Shown here: in pieces, positions 1 through 8,939 of the stretch
Position numbering within the stretch: the first letter of the stretch is position 1
How the letters are laid out: each line of letters begins with the position of its first letter
IMG/VR virus record: IMGVR_UViG_3300005805_000154
Coordinates: 1 to 43,428 of that record
Length of the DNA stretch: 43,428 nucleotides
Direction: 5' to 3' (one strand)
Source: a virus
Taxonomy: Duplodnaviria; Caudoviricetes
Program-made: the position numbers and the translations under genes
Notes under the pieces: generated by a model
Database searches by the model: none
Told to the model about the DNA's origin: nothing
Seen by the model: only the letters and a program-made list of their open reading frames with translations

Positions 1-1
1 C

Positions 2-130
2 ATTATGGCTTGCGAAAATGGAGAATGCGTCGTCTATGAAGAATATGACAAATCAAAGTACATCAAACTACTCACCCAATACATTAGAGAGTTTGTTAGG
101 GATAAATTGGAGCTCTATGGAACCAAATAA
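2..130 (+). CDS. 3' end of a probable PD-(D/E)XK exonuclease ('exonuclease A'), partial
   Basis: Open frame IMACENGECVVYEEYDKSKYIKLLTQYIREFVRDKLELYGTK* (TAA 128-130). It occupies the usual cyanophage position upstream of gp33. Confidence 0.65.
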   Translation: MMACENGECVVYEEYDKSKYIKLLTQYIREFVRDKLELYGTK

Positions 131-449
131 AGCAATAAGAAACGATGGAAAGTCTAATGTAAGAAATGATTCTTTCTATGAATATTCACCTAGATATGAA
201 GAAACTTTAGAAAATGCAATAGAAAGTAAGTTTTTAACTCCTTCTAAATTTGCTATTGAAATAGAAAAGATTGTTTATGAAGAAAACATGAATTATATTG
301 ACGCAATAGTTTTTTATTGCGAATCTAATAATTTAGAATTTGAATCTGTCACAAAACTTATTTCAAAACCACTCAAAGAACGATTAAAATGGGATGCAGT
401 TCGTCTTAATTTTATGAAGAAAACTTCTAGGGCAAAACTTCCTCTATGA
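117..449 (+). CDS. gp33: Late-promoter transcription co-activator gp33
   Basis: KFAIEIEKIV..MNYIDAIVFYCE..LISKPLKERLKWDA motif. ATG 117 is preferred over 18, which lies deep inside the upstream CDS. Confidence 0.9.
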   Translation: MEPNKAIRNDGKSNVRNDSFYEYSPRYEETLENAIESKFLTPSKFAIEIEKIVYEENMNYIDAIVFYCESNNLEFESVTKLISKPLKERLKWDAVRLNFMKKTSRAKLPL

Positions 450-1036
450 GTCCATTTGAAACATATCAAACTTATCTTTCAATGAAAAGTCATTTTACGA
501 ATAGTAAATATGACTTTTTTAAGTATAGGGGTAAATCACGTGCCACTATCGCATCATTTAATAAAAGAAAAGACAAATATTTTTTTGAGCGCACTTCAAG
601 AAAATACGAAGATAAAGAGATTGTAGACTTTTTATTATCTAACTTTATATCAGTAGATAATCCACAAAATTTGTGGATTGGTGAAATTATTAATTCAGGT
701 GAGCAAAATTATTCAGAATGGATGAAAAGGCAACAAAGTTTAAGTTACATATTTAAAGAAGAGTCTCAAGATTTGTTGTCTTCAGACAACTTAGATAAGG
801 TTCTTGATTGTTCAAGGCATCATCCAATCATTTTAAAAAAGTTTCTAAGTGGTAAAATTTCATTAGAAACATTAGTGATTTATGATAAAATATTCATGTT
901 CAGGGAAATTTTTGATGAAAAACTTTTAGATCCAGTTTGGGAATTGGTTAGTTTAAAATTAATTAAGTATTCACCATTCCTAAATATCGATGTGTTAAAA
1001 TACAAGAAAATCCTAAGAGGAATTATTCATGGGTAA
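446..1036 (+). CDS. gp59: Helicase loader gp59
   Basis: YLSMKSHF..YDFFKY..FNKRKDKYFF and ISLETL motifs; synteny gp33-gp59-gp32. Confidence 0.92.
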   Translation: MSPFETYQTYLSMKSHFTNSKYDFFKYRGKSRATIASFNKRKDKYFFERTSRKYEDKEIVDFLLSNFISVDNPQNLWIGEIINSGEQNYSEWMKRQQSLSYIFKEESQDLLSSDNLDKVLDCSRHHPIILKKFLSGKISLETLVIYDKIFMFREIFDEKLLDPVWELVSLKLIKYSPFLNIDVLKYKKILRGIIHG

Positions 1037-1361
1037 ATTTTTTAATTCCGAATTAATTCAAGAAGAACTTCGTAAAATTAATGAACTTCAGGAATTTCTT
1101 TATGGTAGCGTTTTGAGTTTTGGTAGTATGACACGCGAATCAAAATTAGAACACATTGAAAAACTTGAATTATTGCTTGAAAAGCAAAAAATTATGTACA
1201 CTAGATTATCTTTATCGGATGATCCACAAGCGATTGAAATGAAAGAAAATCTTAAGAAATCGGTATTACTTATGGGATTTCCCCCAGAAACTGATATGAA
1301 TTTAATTTTTGACAATATGTTCAATATCATAAAGTCTCTTCGAAAGTACCTTGACGACTGA
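1029..1361 (+). CDS. Conserved cyanophage protein (DUF1825-like)
   Basis: FFNSELIQEEL...KQKIMYTRLSLSDDP.A motif; typical position between gp59 and gp32. Confidence 0.75.
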   Translation: MGKFFNSELIQEELRKINELQEFLYGSVLSFGSMTRESKLEHIEKLELLLEKQKIMYTRLSLSDDPQAIEMKENLKKSVLLMGFPPETDMNLIFDNMFNIIKSLRKYLDD

Positions 1362-1379
1362 TCAAAAATCCGTTATAAT
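1351..1379 (+). promoter_or_regulatory. Sigma70-type promoter for gp32
   Basis: TTGACG-N17-TATAAT. Confidence 0.8.
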
Positions 1380-1422
1380 ATCCAAGTAACACTCCGAATC
1401 CAATTAATCCGAGGTATCCAAA

Positions 1423-2343
1423 ATGAGTTTTTCAGATCTCAAAAAACAATCTAAACTTGGTTCTATGACCGCTAAGTTGGTCAAAGAAGTTGAAAAAATG
1501 AATAACGTTGGTTCTTCCACCGATGAACGTGTGTGGAAACCAGATGTTGATAAAAGCGGAAATGGGTATGCAGTTATTCGTTTTCTTCCCCCACCTGAAG
1601 GAGAAGATCTTCCCTTTGTAAAGATCTACTCGCACGGATTTCAAGGTCCAGGTGGATGGTATATTGAGAACAGTCTTACTACACTAAATCAAAAAGATCC
1701 TGTTTCAGAATATAATACACAACTTTGGAACAATGGTACAGATATTGGTAAAGAACAAGCGCGAAAGCAAAAGCGTAAATTGACTTATATTAGTAACATT
1801 TATGTCGTTAAAGATCCTGCCAATCCAGAAAACGAAGGTAAAGTTTTCCTCTTCAAATATGGTAAAAAGATCTTTGACAAAATCAAAGAAGCAATGCAAC
1901 CTGAATTTGAGGACGAAACTGCGATCGATCCTTTTGATTTTTGGAAAGGTGCTAACTTTAAAATGAAGATCAAAAATGTTGCTGGTTATCGTAACTATGA
2001 TTCTTCTGAGTTTGATCGCCAATCTTCACTTCTTGATGATGATGACGCCCTTGAAGGTATTTGGAAAAAGCAATACTCTCTTGCAGAGTTTCTTTCTCCT
2101 TCAGAATTCAAAACTTATGATGAACTCAAAAAGCGTTTGAATTCTGTTCTTGGTAATAAAACTTCTAGTCGTATTGATGACGAAGTTAATGATGAAGATG
2201 ATTATCGTGGTTCTACCAAAGAGTTGACTGAAGATCTTCGTAGTGAACTGGGTAGTCTTAAACCATCTAATCGCTCTTCTATTGAAGACGAAGATGATGA
2301 TGAAACATCCCTTTCTTACTTCGCCCGCTTGGCAGAAGACTGA
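1423..2343 (+). CDS. gp32: Single-stranded DNA-binding protein gp32
   Basis: DKSGNGYAVIRFLP, WYIENSLTT, NIYVVKDP, FDFWKGANFK and NYDSSEF motifs; acidic C-terminal tail. Confidence 0.97.
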   Translation: MSFSDLKKQSKLGSMTAKLVKEVEKMNNVGSSTDERVWKPDVDKSGNGYAVIRFLPPPEGEDLPFVKIYSHGFQGPGGWYIENSLTTLNQKDPVSEYNTQLWNNGTDIGKEQARKQKRKLTYISNIYVVKDPANPENEGKVFLFKYGKKIFDKIKEAMQPEFEDETAIDPFDFWKGANFKMKIKNVAGYRNYDSSEFDRQSSLLDDDDALEGIWKKQYSLAEFLSPSEFKTYDELKKRLNSVLGNKTSSRIDDEVNDEDDYRGSTKELTEDLRSELGSLKPSNRSSIEDEDDDETSLSYFARLAED

Positions 2344-2357
2344 TTAAGTGCTATAAT
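2329..2357 (+). promoter_or_regulatory. Sigma70-type promoter with extended -10 for the mom-like gene
   Basis: TTGGCA-N17-TATAAT, with TG at 2349-2350. Confidence 0.65.
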
Positions 2358-2359
2358 AT

Positions 2360-2387
2360 GGGGGAGTTGGTTCTCCCCCTTTTTTTT
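2360..2387 (+). terminator. Intrinsic terminator after gp32
   Basis: GGGGGAG-TTGGTT-CTCCCCC followed by a T8 tract. Confidence 0.85.
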
Positions 2388-2978
2388 ATGAAATCTGAAT
2401 TTTATATTGATAGGATTTCTAAGAAACAGGCAGGAGAACTCATACTTGAATATCATTATTTGAAAGACATTTCTAAAGGATTTAAATCTGGATATAATTA
2501 CGGATTGTTTCAAAGAAATGAGTTCTCACCTCTAAATATTGGTGGACTAAAAGGGGTCTGTATCTTTACAGGACTGCCTGTTCCAGAAATTGCAAAAGGC
2601 GCTTTTGGACTTGAAAGAAATGAGCAACAAGGACTCTTCGAACTCTCAAGACTCTGCATTCATCCACAAACTCAACAGAGCGAGTATAATATCACTTCTT
2701 GGTTTGTTTCAAAAGCGATTAGACAGTTACGAAAAGATACTGAAGTTAAAGCAATCATCTCTTACGCTGATAGTGATTTTCATACTGGCACAATCTATCG
2801 CGCTTGTAACTTTAAGTATTGTGGTCTTACAGATCCAAAAAAAGATTTCTACTATTCAGACGGCACCAAGCATTCACGTGGCAAAATAAAAGGTGCTGAA
2901 GGAGAGTGGAAAGAACGCTCCCGTAAGCACCGTTATATAATGGTATTTGATAAGAGTTTAGAACTCTTATGGTCATAA
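2388..2978 (+). CDS. Mom-family (GNAT-like) DNA modification protein
   Basis: HYL, ELSRLC, SWFVSKAI and ISYAD..HTGTIYRACNF motifs of the Mu Mom family. ATG 2388 is preferred because a start at 2358 would read through the terminator. Confidence 0.8.
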   Translation: MKSEFYIDRISKKQAGELILEYHYLKDISKGFKSGYNYGLFQRNEFSPLNIGGLKGVCIFTGLPVPEIAKGAFGLERNEQQGLFELSRLCIHPQTQQSEYNITSWFVSKAIRQLRKDTEVKAIISYADSDFHTGTIYRACNFKYCGLTDPKKDFYYSDGTKHSRGKIKGAEGEWKERSRKHRYIMVFDKSLELLWS

Positions 2979-3620
2979 AATAGTGTTTCTAGTATTTTCT
3001 GTTCTAATTAATGTACGATCTACAAATTGAGATGATTCGTCATAGTACATAATTGATCTCATATCATCTAAGAATTGTTGAAGATAGATTTGTTTTAAAA
3101 CATAAATTCCTCTTTTTTGATTGTTCTTTCTAACTTCATATTCATAATTACTAATTGCAACTATGGGATTTAACGTTTGTGTGGGAGATTCTGGATTTGG
3201 AATAGTAAAGGTACTATCAACAACTAGTCCAGCAGGTAAACGTAATCTACCATTACTATCTTTTACTTGAATAGTTTCATAAACTCTTACATCATTAATT
3301 TTTTCACCATACTTACTTTCGCAAAAATTATATAAATTTTTATCAGATAAAGGCCACTGTTCCTTTACATTAGTAATTCCAGCACTGATTAATACAACCC
3401 AATCGTATTCAGCATTTCCATAAAATTCTTCTGCAACTAAATCAGGTCTTGAACCATCAGGTATTTGATATTTTTGAAATAATGTTGTTACATTAGAAAT
3501 ATCATCACGTAATTTAGTTCTTCTAAAAAGATTTTTAACTCTAATGTATTCATCAGAAGAAACTCTACTTGCAAGTGGAGATTGATAGTCTAAATCTGGA
3601 AGTTCTTTAAAGTATCCCAT
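2973..3620 (-). CDS. gp53: Baseplate wedge protein gp53
   Basis: YF..LP N-terminus; LysM-like RPDLVAEEFYG..YDWVVL and WPL motifs; YEYEVRKN. Confidence 0.88.
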   Translation of the reverse strand: MGYFKELPDLDYQSPLASRVSSDEYIRVKNLFRRTKLRDDISNVTTLFQKYQIPDGSRPDLVAEEFYGNAEYDWVVLISAGITNVKEQWPLSDKNLYNFCESKYGEKINDVRVYETIQVKDSNGRLRLPAGLVVDSTFTIPNPESPTQTLNPIVAISNYEYEVRKNNQKRGIYVLKQIYLQQFLDDMRSIMYYDESSQFVDRTLIRTENTRNTIL

Positions 3621-4513
3621 TAGTAACCAACTCCTATATCTGAATCTTTATAATCTTCAAAGTAAATTGGATTCAGTTCTTGGAATGACAACGACATTTT
3701 CATTTGAACGGGCGTAGCATCATCATAAGTTGCATAACCACTAGGTCCAGTATAATTAACACTCATATTGGTAAGTGCTGATGGTTTAAATGAGTTTAAA
3801 AATGGATGTTTAGAATTTCCAGATTTGTATTGCAATTTAAAAACATCTGGAGCACTAACAAATAATCCAGAACCCGGTAATCCAGTAGCACTTGTTCTGG
3901 GAGCCATTCCTTTTTTAAAAGTTCTAATAATTTGTTTGATTACTTGCGCTTCAAATGGATCTCTTGGAGTAAAATCAAAATCAAAATTAAATGCCCTTAA
4001 TTTAACACCTTGGAATAATAATTCTAAGTTAGGATTTAAAACCTGACCACTTGCTCTTGAAAGCAATGAATTTGGAGTAGTATTTCCTCCAAGCAGATTT
4101 ACTAATTTTGAAGTAAATAATGAAGTTGTTGCATCTTGAAGATTTCCTCCAGTTGCAGTAGCACCAGCAACATTTACAAAATTTCTAAAAGCATCTGTAA
4201 TTCCTCCAGCAAAAGAAGGATTTGTAATCGCACCGGCAAATTGTTCTGCCCCCAAACCAGCAAGAGGATTTAATTCATCAGCACCCCAAGTTACTGCATT
4301 TTCATCACTAATATTTTGAGGCATAGGTAGCATGATAAATGCAATCGTGGACTCAATATTTTGAGCATTTATTAATTCAGTTGAGGTTAAAAAAGATAAA
4401 TTATTTCCTCCACTAGTAGGTTTTGGTGGTTGATATTTAACTATAGATATCTGCAAATAATCATCAATATCTTTAATTTGTTTATTTGGATATCTTAATA
4501 CAGGTGTAGGCAT
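3620..4513 (-). CDS. gp48: Baseplate tail-tube cap gp48
   Basis: LRYP, LPMP and NPNLELLF.G..LR.F.F.F.F.P motifs. Confidence 0.88.
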   Translation of the reverse strand: MPTPVLRYPNKQIKDIDDYLQISIVKYQPPKPTSGGNNLSFLTSTELINAQNIESTIAFIMLPMPQNISDENAVTWGADELNPLAGLGAEQFAGAITNPSFAGGITDAFRNFVNVAGATATGGNLQDATTSLFTSKLVNLLGGNTTPNSLLSRASGQVLNPNLELLFQGVKLRAFNFDFDFTPRDPFEAQVIKQIIRTFKKGMAPRTSATGLPGSGLFVSAPDVFKLQYKSGNSKHPFLNSFKPSALTNMSVNYTGPSGYATYDDATPVQMKMSLSFQELNPIYFEDYKDSDIGVGY

Positions 4514-4528
4514 TTATATCCTTTTTAG

Positions 4529-5080
4529 TTATTTATTAATCATTTTTGCATATGGTATCTTTTTCAAATCATCAATCTCAAATGAATACACTTCAAGTAT
4601 TGGACTTGATACTTCTTCCCATGTATATTGACGATATTCTGGCCAATGATAATTAAATCCAATAAATCCCCATTGTCTAACTTGCAATGCACCTATTAAA
4701 GGATGTTGATCATAAACAATATTAGGAGTTTTTGCATTGTATATAAAGGTATAGTATTTACCTGGAGTTGGTACAGTTACTTCTTTATTCAATACCGATA
4801 AAATATCATTCATTAATTCATCTGGACTTTCAGTTCCATCAAGCAAATATAAAATTGGTTTAATTCTATTTTTGGGGGTTTTTGTTTTGGAACCTTTACG
4901 GTTTGGATTTGCAGATATAAAGTCTGGATTTGTTTTTAATAACTGTATTAAATCATTTTTACTATAAGTTTTATATCTTTTAATTTTATATTTTGATGCC
5001 AGTGCATACAATTCCCTAATTGTATAATCACTTAAACGTTTTTCGTATCCAGTTAAGTTTGAATATTTTTGTATTGACAT
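4529..5080 (-). CDS. gp2: gp2-like DNA end protector with an N-terminal Rho-N/HeH-like domain
   Basis: C-terminal PGKYYTFIYNAKT..YDQHPLI..GFNYHW resembles the gp2 core. N-terminal TIRELYALASKYKI..Y....KNDLIQLL is Rho-N-like. It lies next to gp4. Confidence 0.65.
   Translation of the reverse strand: MSIQKYSNLTGYEKRLSDYTIRELYALASKYKIKRYKTYSKNDLIQLLKTNPDFISANPNRKGSKTKTPKNRIKPILYLLDGTESPDELMNDILSVLNKEVTVPTPGKYYTFIYNAKTPNIVYDQHPLIGALQVRQWGFIGFNYHWPEYRQYTWEEVSSPILEVYSFEIDDLKKIPYAKMINK
4530..4537 (-). promoter_or_regulatory. T4-type late promoter for gp48-gp53
   Basis: AATAAATA on the minus strand just upstream of the gp48 start. Confidence 0.6.
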
Positions 5081-5514
5081 TAGATACCTAATTCATCTTC
5101 TGTGATAATTTTAAAATTCCATTGTCTATCTTCACAAAATTCCTTTGCCGCTTTCCATTTTGCTTGATTTCTTGCATACTCTACAACTTCATAGATATAT
5201 CCTTTGGTTTTTTTAACTTGTTTTTTAGGTTCTATGGTTTGTTTTTTCGGTTTAATTTCAATTATATATTTTTTAATCTGTCCATTACTTTCTTTCACTT
5301 TTATATAAAAATCTGGAAAATACCTATGAATTTTTCCGTCCAATGGAGATACATAAGGTAAGGATATTTCCTCACTACCCCATTCCAAAATATTTTCATT
5401 AGTATCACAATATTTCATAAATCTCCTTTCCCATAAGGAACGATAAATGATATTTGTTACATCACCTTTGTACTTTTTAGGAAACGATGGTTGATATTTT
5501 CCTTTATATGACAT
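5080..5514 (-). CDS. gp4: Head completion nuclease gp4
   Basis: YKGKY.P..P.KY.GD, YRSLWE, HRYFPDF, EIKP and NQAKW motifs. Confidence 0.95.
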   Translation of the reverse strand: MSYKGKYQPSFPKKYKGDVTNIIYRSLWERRFMKYCDTNENILEWGSEEISLPYVSPLDGKIHRYFPDFYIKVKESNGQIKKYIIEIKPKKQTIEPKKQVKKTKGYIYEVVEYARNQAKWKAAKEFCEDRQWNFKIITEDELGI

Positions 5515-5547
5515 ACATATATTATAGACTCATAAAAGGTATTTAGA

Positions 5548-6309
5548 TTGGCAATCCCACGTAAAATAAGCGACATAAAATCTATTTTTGGGAATCTTGC
5601 ACTTACATCCCATTATGAAGTTAGGTTTGGTGGTTTGTCTGGAGATCTTCGCGATTATCTTTATAGAAGAGGTGTTGATCCATTATTCATTAATCAAACT
5701 GTAGGATTATTATGTTCTTCAGCATCAATACCCGGATCTACATTTGCAACAGCAGATGTATCAGGTAATTTTACAGGAATTACTGAAAAATTTGCTCATA
5801 CTAGAGTTTTTACTCAAATTGATTTGGAATTTTATGTTGATAGTCAATATAAAACGATGAAATTTTTGGAACACTGGATGGAATTCATTTCCAGTGGTTC
5901 TAATTTAAACCCAAGTGAAACTGAGTACTTCTTTAGAATGAGATATCCAAATACTTATAAGTGTGATTATACAAAAATCTTTAAATTTGATAGAGATTAT
6001 AGAAATGAAATTGAATATAATTTCTTTGGTATGTTCCCACTATCTTTGAATTCTTCTTATGTAAGTTATGAAGGATCTCAAATTTTAAAAGTAACAGCAA
6101 GTTTTAATTATGACAGATATGTTGCAGGCAAAAATTTGAGTTTCAATATTTTTTCTGGAAATAGTAATAATCAAAATCCTGGAGAAAATGATCCAATTGT
6201 GAGAAAATCTCCAATTATTTACAGAACTGGACAATCACTTGGAAATGAAAGTGGTGTTAGAGGTACTACAAACGATCCTGGAAATGTAAACCCTATACTG
6301 GTTTTCTGA
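5548..6309 (+). CDS. Tail-tube-like / baseplate tube initiator (gp54/gp19 family)
   Basis: LLCSSASIPG, FYVD..Y....FLE.W and FP.SL..V.F.Y motifs; TTG start; upstream of gp26. Confidence 0.7.
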   Translation: MAIPRKISDIKSIFGNLALTSHYEVRFGGLSGDLRDYLYRRGVDPLFINQTVGLLCSSASIPGSTFATADVSGNFTGITEKFAHTRVFTQIDLEFYVDSQYKTMKFLEHWMEFISSGSNLNPSETEYFFRMRYPNTYKCDYTKIFKFDRDYRNEIEYNFFGMFPLSLNSSYVSYEGSQILKVTASFNYDRYVAGKNLSFNIFSGNSNNQNPGENDPIVRKSPIIYRTGQSLGNESGVRGTTNDPGNVNPILVF

Positions 6310-6317
6310 AATAAATA
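6310..6317 (+). promoter_or_regulatory. T4-type late promoter
   Basis: AATAAATA upstream of gp26, followed by a GAGG RBS. Confidence 0.7.
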
Positions 6318-6345
6318 GTTCCAATGAATTACTATTGAGGATATT

Positions 6346-7062
6346 ATGCCTTTACCAACAATTGCAACTCCGATTTATGAGTTGGAAATTCCTTCATCAA
6401 AAAAGAAAATTAGATATAGACCTTTTCTTGTAAAAGAAGAAAAGATTTTGATTATTGCAATGGAAAGTGAAGATCAAAAGCAAATTACAAATGCAGTTAA
6501 AACTGTAATTTCAAACTGCATTCTGTCAAAAGGTATTAAAGTTGACGATTTATCTACCTTTGATATTGAATATCTGTTTTTAAATATTCGTGGAAAGTCT
6601 GTTGGGGAACAAGTTGAGGTTTTAATTACTTGTCCAGATGATGGATCTACACAAATTCCCGTGGCAATTAATCTGGATGAGATTGAAGTTAAAATTAGTG
6701 ATGATCATTCAAGAGATATAAAATTGGATGATAAATTAACACTTAGAATGAAGTATCCTTCTTTATCAGAATTTATTAAGAATAATTTTAACAATACTGA
6801 TATTAGTGTTGATGATACTTTTGACCTGATTTCATCATGTATTGATCAGATTTATAGTGAAGAAGAGTCTTGGAATGCTTCAGATTTTACTAAAAAAGAT
6901 CTTTCTCAGTTTATTGAGCAACTAAACTCTAAACAATTCAAAGAGATCGAAAGATTTTTTACCACCATGCCAAGACTTTCTCATGTAATTTCTGTTAAGA
7001 ATCCAAATACTCAAGTTGAGAGTGAAGTTGTTCTTGAGGGATTATCATCTTTTTTCGTATAG
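6346..7062 (+). CDS. gp26: Baseplate hub assembly chaperone gp26
   Basis: MPLP.I..P.YEL, YRPFLVKEEK and FDIEYLFLNIR.KSVGE motifs; ends LEGLSSFF. Confidence 0.92.
   Translation: MPLPTIATPIYELEIPSSKKKIRYRPFLVKEEKILIIAMESEDQKQITNAVKTVISNCILSKGIKVDDLSTFDIEYLFLNIRGKSVGEQVEVLITCPDDGSTQIPVAINLDEIEVKISDDHSRDIKLDDKLTLRMKYPSLSEFIKNNFNNTDISVDDTFDLISSCIDQIYSEEESWNASDFTKKDLSQFIEQLNSKQFKEIERFFTTMPRLSHVISVKNPNTQVESEVVLEGLSSFFV
7050..7056 (+). other. Candidate -1 ribosomal frameshift slippery site T TTT TTC
   Basis: X XXY YYZ heptamer in the gp26 frame. The -1 frame is open into the gp51 ATG at 7065. Confidence 0.55.
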
Positions 7063-7064
7063 GT

Positions 7065-7238
7065 ATGGCGCATGAAGATCTTGCGTCATACTACAAAACT
7101 AATTTTCAGTTGATGCAGCACCATAAATATTCTTTAACAGAGTTGGAAAATATGATTCCTTGGGAAAGGGAAATTTATATAACTTTACTTCAACATTATA
7201 TTGAAGAAGAAAACCTAAAGAATCAAGCAAATGGCTGA
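7065..7238 (+). CDS. gp51: Short gp51-like baseplate hub assembly protein (57 aa, not in the ORF track)
   Basis: MAHEDLASYYKTNFQLMQHHKYSLTELENMIPWEREIY...QANG*. Confidence 0.88.
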   Translation: MAHEDLASYYKTNFQLMQHHKYSLTELENMIPWEREIYITLLQHYIEEENLKNQANG

Positions 7239-8937
7239 TCCTACTGACGAAGAAATCGCACAATCAGGTGTTGATCCAAGAACAGGATCCTATTTGTCTG
7301 CTGAAAGAAGAAAGGCATTATTTAAAAGTACAAGAATATCTTCAGGATCTGCTTTTGGTGGTGGTGGATCATTAGCGCCAATTAGACCAAAACCATATGC
7401 TGAACCTGAAACTTTATCGATTGTAAAGGCACAGAATAATAGCATTACAACTATACAATCTGATATTAATGAAATAAAAAATCAGCAAGAGCAATTTTCT
7501 TCAAGTTTTAGAGATTTTGAAGGATTAAGAACTCAGGTTTCATCGATCAATCAGAATATAGGTAATTTAAATAATGAATTGATTACAACAGCACAATTAA
7601 TTTCTAATAATGAATTAATTGAATCTGAAAGAATTCGTCAAGAGCAATATGAACAAAGAAGAATAGCAGAGGAAGGTCTCAGAGAGTCTGCAATTGCTGG
7701 ACTTGAACAAAAGATACAAAAGGCATTAGTAAGTCCAATAGCGAGTCTTGGAAAGCAAACTCAAGGTGTTCTTGATTCTGTTATGGAATTTTTTGGAACT
7801 CTTCTTGCGGGATGGTTAACTAATCAAGCAATTGAGTCTGTTAAAGCACGATCTGAAGATTCCCAACAAAAATTATCCGATATTAGAGATAATGTTTTAA
7901 CAGCACTAGGAATTGCTGGAAAAACACTTCTTTTAATTAATCAAGGATTTTTAGATATTGCAAAATCCCTAACATCAACTGCAGCAAAGTTAGGAAAGTT
8001 TTTAGTTTCTGGAGTAATTGGTGGAATATTTAGAGGATTGGGAAATCTAGCAAATTCTGTTAAAGATGCTGGAAAAAATTTACTTGGTGCAGCAGGTAAA
8101 GCTGCTTCTAAGACTGGTTCCGAGGTTGCAGAATCTGCAGTAAAAAAAGGTGGAGGAATATTTGGTTCTTTTGATGATGTAGGTAAAGGACTTCTTAAAA
8201 GATTAACTCCAGGACTTGGTACATTAATTAACACTGGTGCTGCAGCATATCGTTATGATAAAGGTGATGAAATTGGCGCTGCTCTTTCTCTATTAAGTTC
8301 AGTTCCCGTCGTTGGATGGGGAGTTATGGCAGCAGATATTGCAAGAGATTTTGGAGCATTCGAAGGAACATTTTTAGGCAAATCTCAAGAAACTAAACCA
8401 GATCAAACAACTCCTACAACTAAAGTAAATACACAAACATCAGAAAAATTACAACCAGAAAAAGAACCTCCAGCAGCAAAATCTACACAACCAACAGCAA
8501 CTCCAATACAACCTATGGTTCCAGATATAAAATTTGGAGTTGACACTGAAAACAAAATAAAAGCATTTGAAGATAATACTGAACAATCTAAACCAGATTT
8601 AAGTCAACCTGCAAAATATGGAGAGATATCAATAACTCCTCAAGAAAATCAATCTCTTGATCCATCAACAAATCAAACATCACCCCAGATCAAGATTCCT
8701 GCAATTGCTACAAATACTGATATTGCTAAATCTAATTTATTACCTATTGATCTTGGTCCACTCCAAGAACCTAAACCAAATATAATATATCGACAAACAT
8801 CATCTGGAAATTCTCAAGAATCTCCACAAGTTCCATTAAAAACTGGAAATGCCAGTGAAGTTCCAGCAATTTCATCATCTAATAGTGATAATATGTACTT
8901 GTTATATTCTCAAATTAACTATAATGTAGTTGTATAA
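7231..8937 (+). CDS. Tape-measure/hub-like virion protein
   Basis: Coiled coil, then Gly/Ala-rich hydrophobic helices, then a P/T/Q-rich tail; directly follows the chaperone genes. Confidence 0.55.
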   Translation: MADPTDEEIAQSGVDPRTGSYLSAERRKALFKSTRISSGSAFGGGGSLAPIRPKPYAEPETLSIVKAQNNSITTIQSDINEIKNQQEQFSSSFRDFEGLRTQVSSINQNIGNLNNELITTAQLISNNELIESERIRQEQYEQRRIAEEGLRESAIAGLEQKIQKALVSPIASLGKQTQGVLDSVMEFFGTLLAGWLTNQAIESVKARSEDSQQKLSDIRDNVLTALGIAGKTLLLINQGFLDIAKSLTSTAAKLGKFLVSGVIGGIFRGLGNLANSVKDAGKNLLGAAGKAASKTGSEVAESAVKKGGGIFGSFDDVGKGLLKRLTPGLGTLINTGAAAYRYDKGDEIGAALSLLSSVPVVGWGVMAADIARDFGAFEGTFLGKSQETKPDQTTPTTKVNTQTSEKLQPEKEPPAAKSTQPTATPIQPMVPDIKFGVDTENKIKAFEDNTEQSKPDLSQPAKYGEISITPQENQSLDPSTNQTSPQIKIPAIATNTDIAKSNLLPIDLGPLQEPKPNIIYRQTSSGNSQESPQVPLKTGNASEVPAISSSNSDNMYLLYSQINYNVVV

Positions 8938-8939
8938 CA

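Noticed and set aside
18-116. ORF-track upstream starts (18; also 2358, 35948, 37344, 39730, 41588)
   Set aside because: They fall within upstream genes, promoters or terminators; downstream ATGs fit better.
2783-2792. TACTGGCACA half-site in the mom-like gene
   Set aside because: It has no left arm and no -10 box at the 30-nt spacing; it simply encodes the conserved HTGT motif.
5080-5514. TnsA-like nuclease as a transposon or homing endonuclease
   Set aside because: Motifs and synteny identify it as core gp4.
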